DNA from: Botryllus schlosseri
Taxonomy: Eukaryota
Assembly (NCBI GenBank): GCA_051294905.1
Contig: CM119372.1
Span: 30,256,001-30,320,000, forward strand
DNA length: 64,000 nucleotides
Reading direction: 5' to 3'
The notes under the pieces are model-generated. The model was not told where the DNA came from. It saw nothing but the letters and a program-made list of their open reading frames with translations, and did no database searches. The number at the start of each line of letters is the position of its first letter. The first letter of the stretch is position 1. The translations under genes were made by a program, and so were the position numbers. Of this stretch, positions 1 through 12,776 are shown piece by piece.

Positions 1-285
1 CATCTTGCGGATAGCTGCTTTGATGGCGTAATACTCTAGAGGGCGACCTCCTTGTTTCCATGATACCAAAGACGCCACGATTGAACACGCAGAGGCGACT
101 ATATCTCAATTATAGTGAACCGACTCAAATTCAGGGGAAAGTTGCAGATTTCAAAAGGGTTGGCAGTGGTTCTGAATTTTTTTTAGACACGGTTCCCCCC
201 CACCCCATTATGATACTGACAAAATTTCGCTCGTCATATAACAAAATGCAACCAGAATGCCGGCAATCCTAACGGATAGTATGGG

Positions 286-560
286 AGAGAGAGAAAGAGT
301 CTTTATTTTCATCGAACCAAAATACATAACAAACGGCAGTGATGGTGGTACAGAAAATATGCGTGCACAGTATTCGGTATTAGATAGGAATGATCGATAA
401 GACCGTGAAGGTCATCTAGTCTGATCACACCAGCATCAAACAGGTACACTTGACTCAGAACAATCTGGCTGTAAAAAAATGTTTAGTTAGTATGGCATGG
501 AAGGTTATGACTTTTGATGAGAGAATTCTATAATATGAATCCCAGACTCTACACAAAACC
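286..560 (-). mobile_element. CR1-like LINE 3' tail fragment
   Basis: Minus strand reads GACTAGATGACCTTCACGGTC (GACC/GGTC hairpin at 401-413), like the conserved CR1 3' end, then AATAAA and a (TC)n tail. Confidence 0.5.
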
Positions 561-574
561 TGAATCTGATGTAA

Positions 575-681
575 ATCGCGCGAAGCGGGAAAAAAATCAG
601 TTGACCGCAGCTCCGCGCCCCCTTTTTAGGTGCTTTCACGCCCCCACAAAAGGGACACGACCCCCAGTTTGAGAACCACTG
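575..681 (+). mobile_element. hAT MITE family A, right-end fragment
   Basis: Ends GTTTGAGAACCACTG; similar to the elements at 7476-7757 and 11384-11695. Confidence 0.55.
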
Positions 682-1369
682 CTTCTAAGCGTATCGGTCT
701 TGGCAGTGTTTGGGCCATTGCACGTCAAGGCAATATGCCCAGCCCATTCATATCAGCTGATTATGCTCCCTCGATGGAATGCTGTTGCCATCGCCAAAGC
801 CGTTTTAGCTAGTGACAAATAGTGATGTTGGGGACAGGAGAATAGCTTATTATTTTGAAACAACAGCAACAATATGTTAAAACTGTAGTCAATTTCAGTA
901 TTTTCAAATGGTTTTCTTAGATTTCTTCCGAAATCTCAAATCAAGCCTCGTGTTGGTGACCCCTGATTTAGGGGTCCTACCTTTTCCAACACACCACACT
1001 CAGCTCTACCGGTAAATCTGATTACGTGAGCAGAGAGAGGATAAAACATTGCTAGCAATGCAATTCCTGACCATTGACCGATTCAAACATGAATTACATA
1101 AATTCGTCGCGCTCCACGCGATTAGGCGAAATACGGTGACTCACCAAACAGTATACATGAAATAGGGTATAGCTGATATGTAGCGACAAACAGCCCGCTC
1201 ACTGGCTGAGGGGGTCTGGGGTTTGGTTTATCACCCTATTGGGGCCCAAGACCAACGTTGGGGGGGGGGGCTGACGAAGTGCTGTTACGCTCCTGATTGG
1301 AGTCAAGTTGGAGAAATGACTTTTTTTAGTCAACTCACGAAAGTTTAGCTGTAAAAGTTTAATTTCGAG

Positions 1370-1520
1370 GTCGAGCCGATAAGTTGACCTTTTTTTATTA
1401 GTCAACTCGCCGGTGATCCCAGTTTGTGTACCCATTTTTCGGTTCTCAATATTTGGGGGGCGATGATCGGTGTGGAGCTTCAAAAGGGGGCGATGAGTCG
1501 AAAAAGGTTGGGAACCACTG
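1370..1520 (-). mobile_element. hAT MITE end (same family as 6605-7012)
   Basis: Reverse complement of the left part of 6605-7012; ends GTTGGGAACCACTG. Confidence 0.7.
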
Positions 1521-1554
1521 GCCTAGGCGAAGTGAAGAAGAGGAATGCGAGACC

Positions 1555-1814
1555 GACCGAGCGAGATAGTGTAATGGTGATGCGTCCGGCTTCTCGATCG
1601 GTAGGGTCGTGGGTTCGGTCCCCGGCCGGGTCGGACCAAAGACTCGAAAACTGGTATCCGCAGCTATCCTGCTAGACGCTCAGCAATCAAGGATAACATG
1701 GAGGAGAAAAAACGGGGGTGCAGATTAGATGACCTTACTGTAAAGGCCGCCGCATCTCCGTCCTCAAAGCATCTCGATGGTGCGAGCGAAAAAGAAAACC
1801 ATATCTCTCTCTCT
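1555..1814 (+). mobile_element. tRNA-derived SINE (family S1)
   Basis: A-box-like TAGTGTAATGG and B-box-like GGTTCGGTCCC in a tRNA-like head; central ACCAAAGACTCGAAAACTGGTATCC..GCTCAGCAATCAAGG segment resembling conserved animal SINE cores; AGATGACC tail and (TC)n end. Confidence 0.65.
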
Positions 1815-2254
1815 GCAAACTGAATGAAAAGTAAGCAGAGAATGTAAAAGGCAAGCGACCAAATGGTGGTATCGGTGGAAGGCGAGATCGATGTTAGGTG
1901 GTGGTCCGGTAATCCTGCAGTCTGACTAGCATTAATCAGGGATATTTAGAACTTCTACTACATTGATAAAAGTCGACTCCAAGGCACGCAAATGAAATTG
2001 TGAACGGCCTCGCCCAACGATTCGAAATCGGTCGTCTCGATAATTATTCGCACAAATCGGATTATCTAACAGATTATCTTTTATCGACTTTTATCAAAAT
2101 ACACCAACCAAAACTCTGTCAACAAAAGGAGTTCGTGTACCACCTAAAAATAGTACATTGAACACTCTCTCATTCACGAAATTTCATGCTGGTGACGTCA
2201 TATTTTGTGATACGATTGTTGATATACAATGTTCTTTCCAATTCTCTACTAGTT

Positions 2255-2298
2255 GCTGACGATTACCCCTGACGAGTGTCAGCCGAAAATATTCGGGT
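2255..2298 (+). ncRNA. Minimal type I hammerhead ribozyme motif within a dispersed repeat (about 2175-2345)
   Basis: ACCC-CUGACGA-G(UGUCAGC)C-GAAA-AUAU-UC-GGGU: intact core, 4-bp stem I, palindromic stem III loop. Upstream GCUGAC can pair with loop II. Confidence 0.75.
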
Positions 2299-2662
2299 TC
2301 ATTTCAATATGAATATACTATTCAATTGTAGATTAAAATATACAAATTTCCTGGATTAGAATTTGAAGCTTCGGATTTGGATAGGATTAGGACATGGAAA
2401 TTTCAAATCCGCTCATCTCTGGTTTAGAGCACTGTAAACGACTATGGTGGAACTAAATTACTAGGCTACCAAGGTTAGTAATCTATAGTCAAGTGGTGCT
2501 CAATCTCAAAAATTGTCTCGTTTCAGGGTTGTACCTAGGCATGGTGTGCAGGTGAACGTGAGATTCGCGTTCGGCGTCGGTAGGCGAGGTCGATATGTCA
2601 TATTGTGGCTCGGTAATCTTGAGGGCTGACTAGTGTTGATTCAGTAGAAATTGCTGGTATTT

Positions 2663-3053
2663 CTATTTGAATGTGGACAAGACATGCTCGACGACTGTCG
2701 GATCGCGGGCGAGATGCTGTTTACAGGTCCGGCATACGTGATTGAGAGATAGGCCTACGTTTTCTTGAATTCCGTCCTGATCATGTGGTAGTTGTTCTCC
2801 GAGGACGCGCTTTTTTTTTGTAGTTGTGTACTTTGGATTCCGAGGTGAAGTAGTCGTTGAAATTTGTGGGACTGTGACCACAATGGAACTGATACATATA
2901 CTTTGCAGTTTCTAGCTTCCTCATATCTTCTATGTTTAGAACGCCAAATCTTTTGAGTAACGATTTATCAGCTGCACATTCAGGCCCTCTTGCAGCCTTG
3001 GCAATGATACGGAGAATCCGATGTTTTTGTTTTTGCAGTCGTGCAGGCAGCAC
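2663..3053 (-). mobile_element. Non-LTR retrotransposon (CR1/L2-group) ORF2 C-terminal remnant
   Basis: LQKQKHRILRII...LLKRFGVLNIEDMRKLETAKYMYQF...PTNFNDYF...HNY matches the post-RT C-terminal pattern LQKRAIRII..L..L.IL...L..AKFMY....P..F..YF..H.Y. Confidence 0.7.
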
Positions 3054-3244
3054 CCCAGCTAAGAATTCCGTATTGTAACTTTCATTGGACTAATGAGTTG
3101 GAGAGTATAAACAGAACCCTAATCGACAGAGAAGTGACTTCAGATGCTTCCACGCCCCTAAGATTGAGAACCACTGCACTAGAGGGACTTGAGGAGGAAA
3201 TGGCTCTATGGCGAAAGGATCCATTCATAGTTGTGAGAGATAAG

Positions 3245-3448
3245 CAATGTTTCCTCTAAGCTGCTCACGTGCGCAAATGCGCAGTGCTGACACGGTCTTT
3301 GCGCACAGAAAATGTAAGTTGCGCACATAAAATCCGAAGTATTGACCTTTTTTTATTTATTTTTTAGTCGTTACGCACTGTTGTCCAAGGGTCCGCGCAG
3401 TAAGTTGGTGAGTGTGCGCAGACTCGTCAAAAATTAGAGGTAACATTG
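3245..3448. mobile_element. hAT MITE family H
   Basis: TIR CAATGTTTCCTCTAA / TTAGAGGTAACATTG; TSD GAGATAAG/GAGATAAC (7/8). Confidence 0.85.
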
Positions 3449-4006
3449 GAGATAACCCGTTCATAAAAAGTTGGATATTGCTATTCCAGTCATCCAACCG
3501 ATGCTTGCCATGTGCTAGCTCGTTTCCTACGCTCTATGCCAGTCTATAATTTCTCTGGAATCACAACCGTAATCAGCAGATCTGTTACTTTCATCCGCCC
3601 AAGACACCCAAAGTACTACGCGAAACACACGACGCACAATGCGATGTAATGGTCTGATCGGATGATGTCAAAACGACCAAGCACGGCCTGTCGATTTAAA
3701 ATCCACTTCGAACGAATGTCCGCGAAACAGAGTGTGATCTTCATGTTTTGTTGCCTATCTTTCTTCGCATTATTGCTCGCTCTTTTCATTCTCTTTCTTG
3801 TATTTCGTTTTCGACCAGGCCTGTCTCTGGGTTGTTTTGTAAGTACGGCGAGATAAAACTTCACAACAACTCGAAACGAACAATTTAAACAACTATGTAT
3901 CTCTCTCAAATGATTCGTGTTTTGTCCTCAGGTGATGTTCCACTCAGTGGATCTGTCCCTCCGTCGATATGCATCACATCAGTTTATATCGCGCAGTCGC
4001 ATTTAT

Positions 4007-4378
4007 TAGGGTTGCATTTAAACAAGGGCCTTTTTAAAAAAAACTGTGTTTTTCCAGTTGCAGAATTATGCCGTAATTGTGTAAATACTTTGCAAAAAAC
4101 ATGTTGTATGAGCCTACGGACAATTAGGCCTACCACTCGATATAGACGTATACGATATGGGATGGTTGGAACTCTCAAAATAGTCGGTTCAACGGCTATA
4201 GTAAGTAGATCGTCAAAGGAGTTTACCCTGTATTTGCAATTGTCAACGCCAAGCCACTATGACGTCACAATTGAATATTCGTGACGTCATGGCTTTGGGA
4301 AAAAAAACATGTTTTGAACAAGGGCCTTGTTTTAAACATGTTTGTTTTAAATTGATTTTTGTTTTAAATGCAACCCTA
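4007..4378. mobile_element. TIR-bounded MITE
   Basis: TAGGGTTGCATTTAAA at 4007 and its reverse complement ending at 4378; no TSD recognised. Confidence 0.6.
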
Positions 4379-4889
4379 TACTTGTGAATAAGCAATTACA
4401 TACCGAACAGAAAAGAATGCTTGGTCGAACTGTAGGCCTATATTCTCATTCAAGTTAGCAATAGCATCAATGTATCCATGTTACTAAACCAGTGGTTTTT
4501 AATCGGGGTTGCATGAAACTCCAGGGGTTCATAAGTCATCAGTCTCAGTGGTTCCGCTGGAGGGCAAGACATACACTCAACACATACATATGATTCGTGA
4601 CGACACTCGCGTTCCAATTTCTTAATTACAACATAGCTTATATATATTGGACATAGAACTGGCATTTCAGAAGGACGGCGTTTCGATTTCGAGCCCCCGC
4701 CTCTATGCGTAGCCACTGCATACGACGTATACCACCGAAACATTCACTATTCGACTGCTGATTGAGTATAATTACCAGTAACCAAACGATGGCCAAAGGC
4801 TCGCGTATCATCACAAATCATCTGTATGAGTTGAAATATCCAGGGAACCCCTGAGTCTGGCTGACGGAATCCCAGGTGTTCCATGGATC

Positions 4890-5000
4890 ATAGGTTAACA
4901 ACCACTGTTTAGCTTTAGACAGTGAGTAAAATCGCGCAAGGCGTTTTCCCTTAAACATCCATCGCATTTCGGTGTGCAGCAATCCTTTATCTGAACGCAC
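4890..5000 (-). pseudogene. Buster-type hAT transposase remnant
   Basis: GLLHTEMRWMFKGKRLARFYSL matches the LLHTEVRWLS.GK.L.RF..L block. Confidence 0.65.
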
Positions 5001-5414
5001 TCAATCATTCATGTGCTAGATTCTCGGGTTCGTCGAAGGCCTGTAGATTCGCTTACGGGTTCGTCTGGTGATTAAAGGTTAAGAACCAATAATGGTCTCG
5101 TTCTAGAACACTAAACTAGTCATTTCCGAAAACATATGCCGTTACCTTGATACAGGGTCGGTTCCGCTCTGTTATAATGACAATTTCACCTATAAATGTG
5201 ATGGAAACATACTTGCTACTTTACGAAGTCCAAAGTGTAAAAAGTATGTAGTTTTGCGGACTACAATGTGAAGTACCAGTGGAAGTATTCATAAAACATG
5301 ACATGAGTAAAGCAGCGCAAACATACATAACTTACTTGTGTGCTCCAAAAAGTAGGAGTATTAGTATTAATATTACTATTAGAAGAGCATCTTGGAGGTA
5401 CGGAACTTCAATAT

Positions 5415-5560
5415 ACAAATGAATAGTATATTCATATTTAAATGAACCCGAATATTTCAGCTGACACTATCGCCAGGGGTAATCGTCAGCAACTAGTGGA
5501 GAATTGGAAAGGAACATCGTATATGAACATTGAACAATCGTGTCACAAAATATGACGCCA
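5415..5560 (-). repeat. Degenerate copy of the hammerhead-containing repeat
   Basis: Homologous to 2175-2345; core mutated (CUGGCGA, one A lost after GAAA). Confidence 0.75.
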
Positions 5561-5920
5561 TACTTAAAAAATAGTTCTTCTGGTAGGCACGCAAACTTCA
5601 ATCAGTTCCTTGACAACGGGATAATAACTGTAGCGCCGGACAATATCGTGATATCATTTGGTTAACTTTGATACTCAATTCTCGAATTGATTATTATTGA
5701 ACATAACTTTTCGCTATAAGCCTACATTTTACCGGTAGCGCGAACAAGCTACCTAATAATTGGGAATATGGTTAGCTGTAAATTCCATTTCGAGCCGGTG
5801 ATCTGGAAAACATTATGAATTTGAAATCTGCCTTGTCTAATTTTCGTCTGAATAATAAACGCATTGTGCTACGAGAGATTTCATGTCGTGCGATATTATG
5901 ATATTACTTGCGTGCGCGAG

Positions 5921-6436
5921 TAGGGCTGGGCAAAATCGAGTACCTGAGTGATTCGATTCTGAATCACGGAATATGCTTCGAGTCGAGTCGAGTAATCGAG
6001 TATCACTCATTATGACGTCATAACAGAATGTAATACGTCAAAGTTCAAATATGTACCGTTTATGCCCCCACAAAGAATATAATGCCTGTTATCCTTCTCA
6101 TAAATGATACTTTGGTATTTTTCGACCATACCGATTTCATTCCACTTGGTGACAATGTTGTGGGATAATCATTACTTCGTAAATGTGCTACGTCTAGTAA
6201 CATTGGTATCTTTTTACGACATGTTTCGTATGCTACGATACCGCCAATCAAGGTTTCAAGGCTTCAACAGTGGATGATAGTATCAAAACTACAATTCTAG
6301 ATGATAAATTAACTTTCAGTGGCGATAAGCGTATAATTTCAGTACTCGAAAATATCGACTTTTGCTACTCGACTCGAATCATTAAAATTAATACTCGATT
6401 CAGATTCGAGTACTCGAATCATTGTGCCCAGCCCTA
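5921..6436 (+). mobile_element. hAT MITE family B
   Basis: TIR TAGGGCTGGGCA; perfect TSD TGCGCGAG; inverted homolog at 59432-59938. Confidence 0.92.
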
Positions 6437-6604
6437 TGCGCGAGGCCAACTTTGTTTTTGCAATTACTCCAACATCGTATCGAACTCGACGGTTTAAGAT
6501 TTGTCCGATGTATACCCCTAAGTCAGACACTGGCAACATACGGCCCGCGATCCGGATCCGACTCGCGACGGGATTTTGAGCGGCCCGCACCGCAGCGTTT
6601 ATAC

Positions 6605-7012
6605 CAGTGGTTCCCAACCTTTTTTGCCCCATCGCCCCCTTTTCAAGGTCAACAGCGATGCGATCATCGCCCCCCAAATTTTGTATACCGAAAATTGGGC
6701 ATACTAACTGTAGTCACCGGCGGGTTGACTAAAAAAAAAAAAAAGGACAAATTTTCGGCACGATGTCTAATTTTACACACTTTTGTAACTAAATTTTAAA
6801 TTTCAGTGTGGGTTGACTAAAAAAAAAAAAAAAAAAAAAAAAGTCAGCCGATTTGGCGCGTTATCGCCCCCTAACGCCCCTTTCGCTATTTTCGCCCCCC
6901 ATCGCCCCCTTTGTCCATTTTCGCCCCCCTGTCGCCCCCTTCGTCATTTTCGCCCCCCTAGACCGCCAAATCGCCCCCTGGGGGGCGATATCGCCCACGT
7001 TGGGAACCACTG
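6605..7012 (+). mobile_element. hAT MITE with TCGCCCCC subterminal repeats
   Basis: TIR CAGTGGTTCCCAAC; perfect TSD GTTTATAC. Confidence 0.93.
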
Positions 7013-7129
7013 GTTTATACCTTGAAAGTGAAATTCTAATCTGCAAATTGTGACGTTATGATATGCTTGATTGAGCCCAGCGATGGGTTCCGGTATTGTT
7101 CTGATAACAGGCATGCATGTGGTCTGCTG

Positions 7130-7468
7130 AGGGAATACACTTCGAGTTCGGCTTGTAAAGGTGTCTGTCTAAGTAGTCAGTCTTACAGCTAGAAGCTCGG
7201 TGATAATACTACACAAGTATTGACAAATTTCATGCGCAATAGAATGTATCCAAGTTTGCCAACCTGAGAAAGATGGTCATGAGACTGCTCCGTTCGGGTC
7301 TACATGCACTTGCGAGCAAACATTTTCCACCATGAACAATAACAAGACAAGGCTGCGTTTCAATATAACTGATGTTAGCGTGCAGTCTTTAGTAAGGATT
7401 TCTACATACGACATGCAGCCAGAGTTCAAAGAACTTGCTACAACTTGTCGACCACAGATGTCTGATTG
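7130..7468 (+). pseudogene. Buster/SPIN-type hAT transposase C-terminal remnant
   Basis: PFGSTCTCEQTFSTMNNNKTRLRFNITDVSVQSLVRISTYDMQPEFKELATTCRPQMSD* (7290-7468) matches FGSTY.CEQ.FS.M...K...R..LTD......LRI.T...P....L.....Q.SH*. Confidence 0.8.
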
Positions 7469-7475
7469 ACTTTAA

Positions 7476-7757
7476 CAGCTATTCTTAATAATTTCTTTGG
7501 GGGGGCGTGAAAGCATCTGAAGGGGGGCGCGATGAAGCGGTCAACTGAAAAAAAATTACCTCCAATTCACGCGTGTTTCTCTATATATAGACCTAATTTC
7601 ATATTTTTTAATTCTCTCATCAGCAGTCATACTTCCATGCCATTAAACAATCTGTTGGGGTGGCGCCGGTTGGATTTTGTGACATGACGATAAGGGGGGC
7701 GCGAAATTCTTCACTGTCATAAAGGGGGGCGTGTCTAAAAAAGGTTGAGAACCACTG
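7476..7757 (+). mobile_element. hAT MITE family A
   Basis: Right TIR GTTGAGAACCACTG, decayed left TIR, approximate TSD CTTTAA(AC); homologous to 11384-11695. Confidence 0.7.
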
Positions 7758-8464
7758 CTTTAAACTTAAAGTTTATAGGTGGATTAATACGCGATTAATG
7801 TATCGGTTCTGTAATCCGGCCGGCCATGTACTCCATTTCCACATATCCAGCCCGCCGACCGGAGAAGTCGCCCGCCCCTGCCCCAAGTAATGGGCAATTA
7901 TTTGGCAAAAAATTTCCGAGCCTCCGATTCTCCCTTGATATGCCACTGGAAAATTGTGAAAACCTTCAATTATAATAGATATTCACCGTCAATATTCAAT
8001 AATAACTAAATTTACACATTTCTTCATCCAACACCAGTAATTTTCATATTTATTGTTCAAAAATACAGCGCAACGGGAGAGATGAGGCACGGGCGAATAG
8101 TGCGCCTCACCTGCGACAATGCAGTACATGATAAACAGCTCAGAATTCGTAATGGCCGGTATCAATCAAATGCTATTGTCGCACCGATTCCGAAAATCCG
8201 AATATCAACAATCGTAGAGCACAGGAAACACCTCAGTGCCTCACCAGCCATGAACCACATCGCACGTCACTGACTATTTTCACCCCGGAGGTACTTGTAC
8301 TTCCATAACTATCTCCGGAATAATTCAATCAAAGTTGCAGCACAATTGATAATTAAGATGTGAAATAAGTACAAATTTAGAAATTTATCAGAGAGCCATA
8401 TTTTATCGTCAAAAGAGCCATTTATGGCTCGCGAGCCATAGAGGTTCCCGACTCCTGCTTTAGG

Positions 8465-9604
8465 CTATTTTGGTGGCTTTTGGCCCATATCACTCCACGC
8501 TTTCTTCGTGAATAGATTTGACGATTTGATATTTCTTGTTAATGCTCCCCCTATATTCATTCCGGGCAATTGCCCAACCCCTCCTTTCCGTCCAACCGGA
8601 ATAAGCATGATGGTACCGCTGGCGGGCTTGTAGGCGTGCATTTTACTCCCTTTAATAGCCGCTGCGATGTTCTTGGCGACGACATCCACATGCGCCCACG
8701 CCGCAACCGCCGTCTTTTCTTCGTTTATGTCCACAATATCACCGAGTGCGAAGATGTTTTCAGTACCTTCCACGCGTAAGAACTTGTCGACTTTTATCAA
8801 GCCATTGTCATTCACAGCGCTTCCGAGAGCTCCCTTAAACGACTCCGTGTTTGGCGTTCCGCCCGTGCAGCGTATCACCATGTCGCATCTGATCTCCTTT
8901 CCGCTGTCTGTTCTCACAACCTGGTCATTGACACATTTATTCAACTCAATGTCTTGGAGGTTACACACTCTTTCGTTAAGCATGAGTTCTATGCCCTTGC
9001 TCACCACGGTCTTTTTGAGTGACTTTTGCACTTTCTTATTCAGTCTGGTAGAGGCCAAGGTTTCATTCGGATGTATTAGAATAATTTTCTTATCAGGGTA
9101 GTCAGTCTTGAGCTCACCAGCCAACTCCACGCCGACCGGCCCGCCTCCGACACAAACGATAGTTCCTGATTCCTGTATACTAGTGTTAATGCCTGTGTAA
9201 TACTTTTTAGTGTCTTCTTCGGTTGCTTGTGGGTAGTCCATTGATAATTTAGCCGGAAACGAACTGCTGAAGCCAGTGGCAAGTACCAAATGAGAATAAG
9301 TTATTTCTTGGCCATTGTCAAGTGTTACTGAATTTCTACTCATATTAATTTGCGTCACTCGGCCTTTGACAAAACTGTCACCGAATGTAGTCCTCAGTGG
9401 GATCATGAGGCTCGGGACGAATGCCGGTTCCACCGTTCCTCTTAGAGCCCCCATGTTATGAAACATGAAGTCGTAGGGGTTGATGATTTTCATGCTTCCA
9501 GAACGAAGAAACTTCCGGCCGAATGCCGTTCCTCCGTAACCAGCACCTACGATAACAATGCTTGCATTTTCTGAGCGCGGTATACTTGATGCTCCACTAC
9601 CCAT
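8465..9604 (-). CDS. AIFM2: Ferroptosis suppressor protein 1 / AIF-M2-like NAD(P)H:quinone oxidoreductase, paralog A (379 aa, intronless CDS)
   Basis: N-myristoylation start MGSGAS; FAD motif VIVGAGYGG; ATG motif LVLATG; NADH motif VGGGPVGVE; FALGD; C-terminus AYKP..GRKGGVGQ..KS.NLF..W..MGQ.PP like human FSP1. Confidence 0.95.
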   Translation of the reverse strand: MGSGASSIPRSENASIVIVGAGYGGTAFGRKFLRSGSMKIINPYDFMFHNMGALRGTVEPAFVPSLMIPLRTTFGDSFVKGRVTQINMSRNSVTLDNGQEITYSHLVLATGFSSSFPAKLSMDYPQATEEDTKKYYTGINTSIQESGTIVCVGGGPVGVELAGELKTDYPDKKIILIHPNETLASTRLNKKVQKSLKKTVVSKGIELMLNERVCNLQDIELNKCVNDQVVRTDSGKEIRCDMVIRCTGGTPNTESFKGALGSAVNDNGLIKVDKFLRVEGTENIFALGDIVDINEEKTAVAAWAHVDVVAKNIAAAIKGSKMHAYKPASGTIMLIPVGRKGGVGQLPGMNIGGALTRNIKSSNLFTKKAWSDMGQKPPK

Positions 9605-9939
9605 GTTTTGGGAATCGGGGAATGTGAATAATGCTTAAATCTGCAATACCACAATATCTATAGTTGACTATAACTGCGACCAATTGCGGTAAGCCTACTG
9701 CTTGCGGTAAGCTACGGTAGTCTACAAACTGCTTTCAATTCTGACATTGCGAAAGTTGACCATATTCAATTCATAGAACCGTTTATCTGGTTTCTCAACC
9801 TTCTACCGATATCTACCCTATCTCAACTCAACCGTCCACTAGTGATTTGTTTTTGCGGCTATTACGTAACACAGACAAAATGTTTCCAGCCTTCCAGCAT
9901 TTCGAATTTGATTCATTTGAACAATATATCCATATTTAT

Positions 9940-9984
9940 TCCCGAAGCTTTTCGAGCTGACACTCATCAGGGGATTCCGTCAGC
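9940..9984 (-). ncRNA. Minimal type I hammerhead ribozyme motif (variant)
   Basis: UCCC-CUGAUGA-G(UGUCAGCU)C-GAAA-AGCU-UC-GGGA; compensatory changes relative to the 2255 copy. Confidence 0.72.
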
Positions 9985-10644
9985 CAGGGTTACCAAAAAT
10001 TTTCAAAATACATCCTGTCGTGTTGCAGGAAACATTGGTGTCGTGGAAAAAACAACATTGGTTTGCACCGTTAGATAGCAACGGTAGGCAGCTGAAGTCA
10101 GCTGTTTCTTAATTCGATAAGAAACCTGGTCGACCCAATAGGTAGATGGATGTATACAATACATTCCTACTTTCACCAATGATGTATACAATACATTCCT
10201 ACCAATGACACATGACAAGTTTAGTCAAGTTTAGAATTCAATTTATCCCCAGAGAAAATCCTCAGCGCCCGGTGCACCAAGGTGCGTTCAAATTGATTTT
10301 GCGACCTTTTGGATTCAAAGAATTCCATCAAAGATAATGACCGGTGAACATATGTTTTCTATAAACAGTGGTCAAAATTCGACCGTTCCGTTTTCAACCA
10401 GAACGTCAAGTAATGCCAGGCTGTTGTTTATTACCTTCTCCGACGTGAATTGCAATGCTGTATGTAAGTTGTTCAAATTATTGAGGAAACTGTCGCAATC
10501 AGATTCCTAATAGAAAATCACAACTATGTCATCGACGTAGCGACGGTATAAGGGTGGTTCACCACAAAAAGAAAAGAGCTTATCTTCATATAGAACCCCA
10601 CCAATATATTAGCTAAAATCGGCCCCGACTATGACCCCATAGAT

Positions 10645-11980
10645 CAGACCTGGGCAAAGTGCGGCCCGCGAAACCATTCTGGGCGGCCCGCGAAAGGTTG
10701 CTTGGAATTCGTAACATAAAACCTTCTTTTTGAATGTTGACGCGTGGACTAAAATCGTAGGATGCATCCACTGAACAGGAAATTCGTCGACTTTGAAGCC
10801 TGTTCATTAATATACCACGATTACACTGCCTACGTACCTCGCATGCATAATCCAGATTCAAAATAATGGCAATGTAGCAAAGCATGAGTAGCAATTAAAG
10901 TCACAAGAAATAACTCTTTCTGTATATAGATTAGGCCAAACCTTCTTTGTAGTCATTGTGGCATTGCGCATTATACGGCATTGTTACGTGGGCGTTTCCA
11001 AATTCCTAATTCGTAAAACAAGTCAATCAGTGCTCGCGAATGGCGAGTACTATATAATTCATCTCTCATCATGTATATCACCCATAAAGAATAAAATTGC
11101 ATGTCGAAAGAAAGATAGCCGAAAGCTGTAATTCGAAGAAGGTTGGAGCACTAAGTATTTGTATGCTGGAGTTAGGGGTTAACCTGCCTTTGAGTTTTTA
11201 CCGAGCATGTCGCCAAGATTAAGGATTTTAATTATGACTAAATACGAAACACTCGGTCAAGGGAGGGCGTATTTCAGAAAAACTACAAACTTCGCTCAAC
11301 ATCAAAGCTATTAGAGCTGAACACTGCTCTGAAGGCAGCGACCGAGACAATAAACATTGTACTACGCCATATACATTTTAGTGCAGTGGTTCTCGAACTG
11401 GGCGTGAACGCATCTGAAGAGGCGCGCGAAGCTGAGGTTGAAAGAAAAATTTTTTCGCGCTCGCGATTTAATCCGGCATTATGGTGTTATAGTTATGGCT
11501 CTGTGTATATTGTCCCACTTTGATGTTTCAGAATTTTCTCATCATCAGCCATAACCATACATGCCATCAAACCATCCGTGGGAATTGCTAGCATTCTCGT
11601 CGCTCGTTTTATTATTTTGTGATATCTTGATAAGGGGGTCGAAGGTTTTCACTATCATAAAAGGGAAGCGTGCCTAACAAAGGTTGAGAACCACTTTGTA
11701 GTGTCTTAATAGAATAACGTGGAGAGGGGTTTAAATGGAGTCAAAATGTATCATGTTCAACATTGTTTCGAGTCATGACGACAAATAGATAATTTATTAA
11801 TTAACCGCCACTTTCTCATTACGTAACATCAACACATTCACTGAGCAGCATTAATAGCTATGAAATTTATAAATAAAATTTAAACACGCTGTAAAATATA
11901 GCTAAATTTGTTTACTCGGCCCCCCAACGTGATTTGTATTTCTCAATTGGCCCGCAGAGGAAAATAATTGCCCACCCCTG
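10645..11980 (+). mobile_element. Non-autonomous Buster-type hAT element
   Basis: TIRs CAGACCTGGGCAA / TTGCCCACCCCTG; perfect TSD CCATAGAT; decayed N-terminal transposase piece FEEGWSTKYLYAGVRG*P near 11135-11190. Confidence 0.88.
11384..11695 (+). mobile_element. hAT MITE family A nested in 10645-11980
   Basis: TIR CAGTGGTTCTC; TSD TTTTAGTG/TTGTAGTG (7/8). Confidence 0.85.
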
Positions 11981-12776
11981 CCATAGATACACCATCAATC
12001 GGTATATAAATCTGATATTGTTGAAACTAAATTCGACGGATCAAACTACGGCTCTCATTTGATTTAGAGTATTACTATAGTGTAGGACACTGTGGTATAC
12101 GGACATTCGCTACTGATGCGAGTCAGTCGAAAAGATTTTGGTGAATGAATTAACAATATGATGTTATTTTTTCGTGTAATATTCATAAAAGCATTCGAAA
12201 ATATTTGCTCGCCAACTTCACTGTAGTCTACTATAAGCGCAAATCTCGATATCCTCTATCATCCCACCAATAAGAATCGCACACCAATCAAATGCATCAA
12301 AAAGCTACCAGTTTAATTAAGATCCATTACCCCCATTTCACCCCAATTTTTATTCTTAACTCTGACCTGTTAATAGACTGTGTATGCTGAACTCAAGTAT
12401 AACATCAGCCCGTGCCTTATGTTATATCTTCATTCTACTAGTTTTGAACCGATAGATATGCTCTATGCCAGTAGTACGGTACTGGTGTGCTCCCGCAGCC
12501 ACACAAACGCTGACCAGTAGTGTTGTTATAGAGACCTGTAATATAAAGCGAAGACTCATTGTTCTCTGTCTAAGCCACGCTTGACATAGCTATATTGTTG
12601 TGTGTTGGCGTGGCGAATCATGGTGATTCGATAACTGCGATCACGTTACAACACCAGGTCGATAATCTGCCGACTTATAGTACGGTGAACAGAGGAGCAG
12701 TGACAGTAAATAACAATAAATATAATGTGCAGAAGTTTAATACATGCAAATGTTAGATACGATACAAGACAAAGAT

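Noticed and set aside
6339-7053. Several 60-125-aa ORFs over MITEs (also 12646-13182, 52931-53271)
   Set aside because: They lie within MITE or SINE sequence and have low-complexity translations.
8667-9101. 144-aa plus-strand ORF (and 23988-24419)
   Set aside because: Antisense shadows of the AIFM2 coding sequences.
9741-9750. NRF2 antioxidant response element upstream of FSP1 paralog A (TGACATTGC)
   Set aside because: Short core lacking the 5' purine, not conserved at paralog B; expected by chance.
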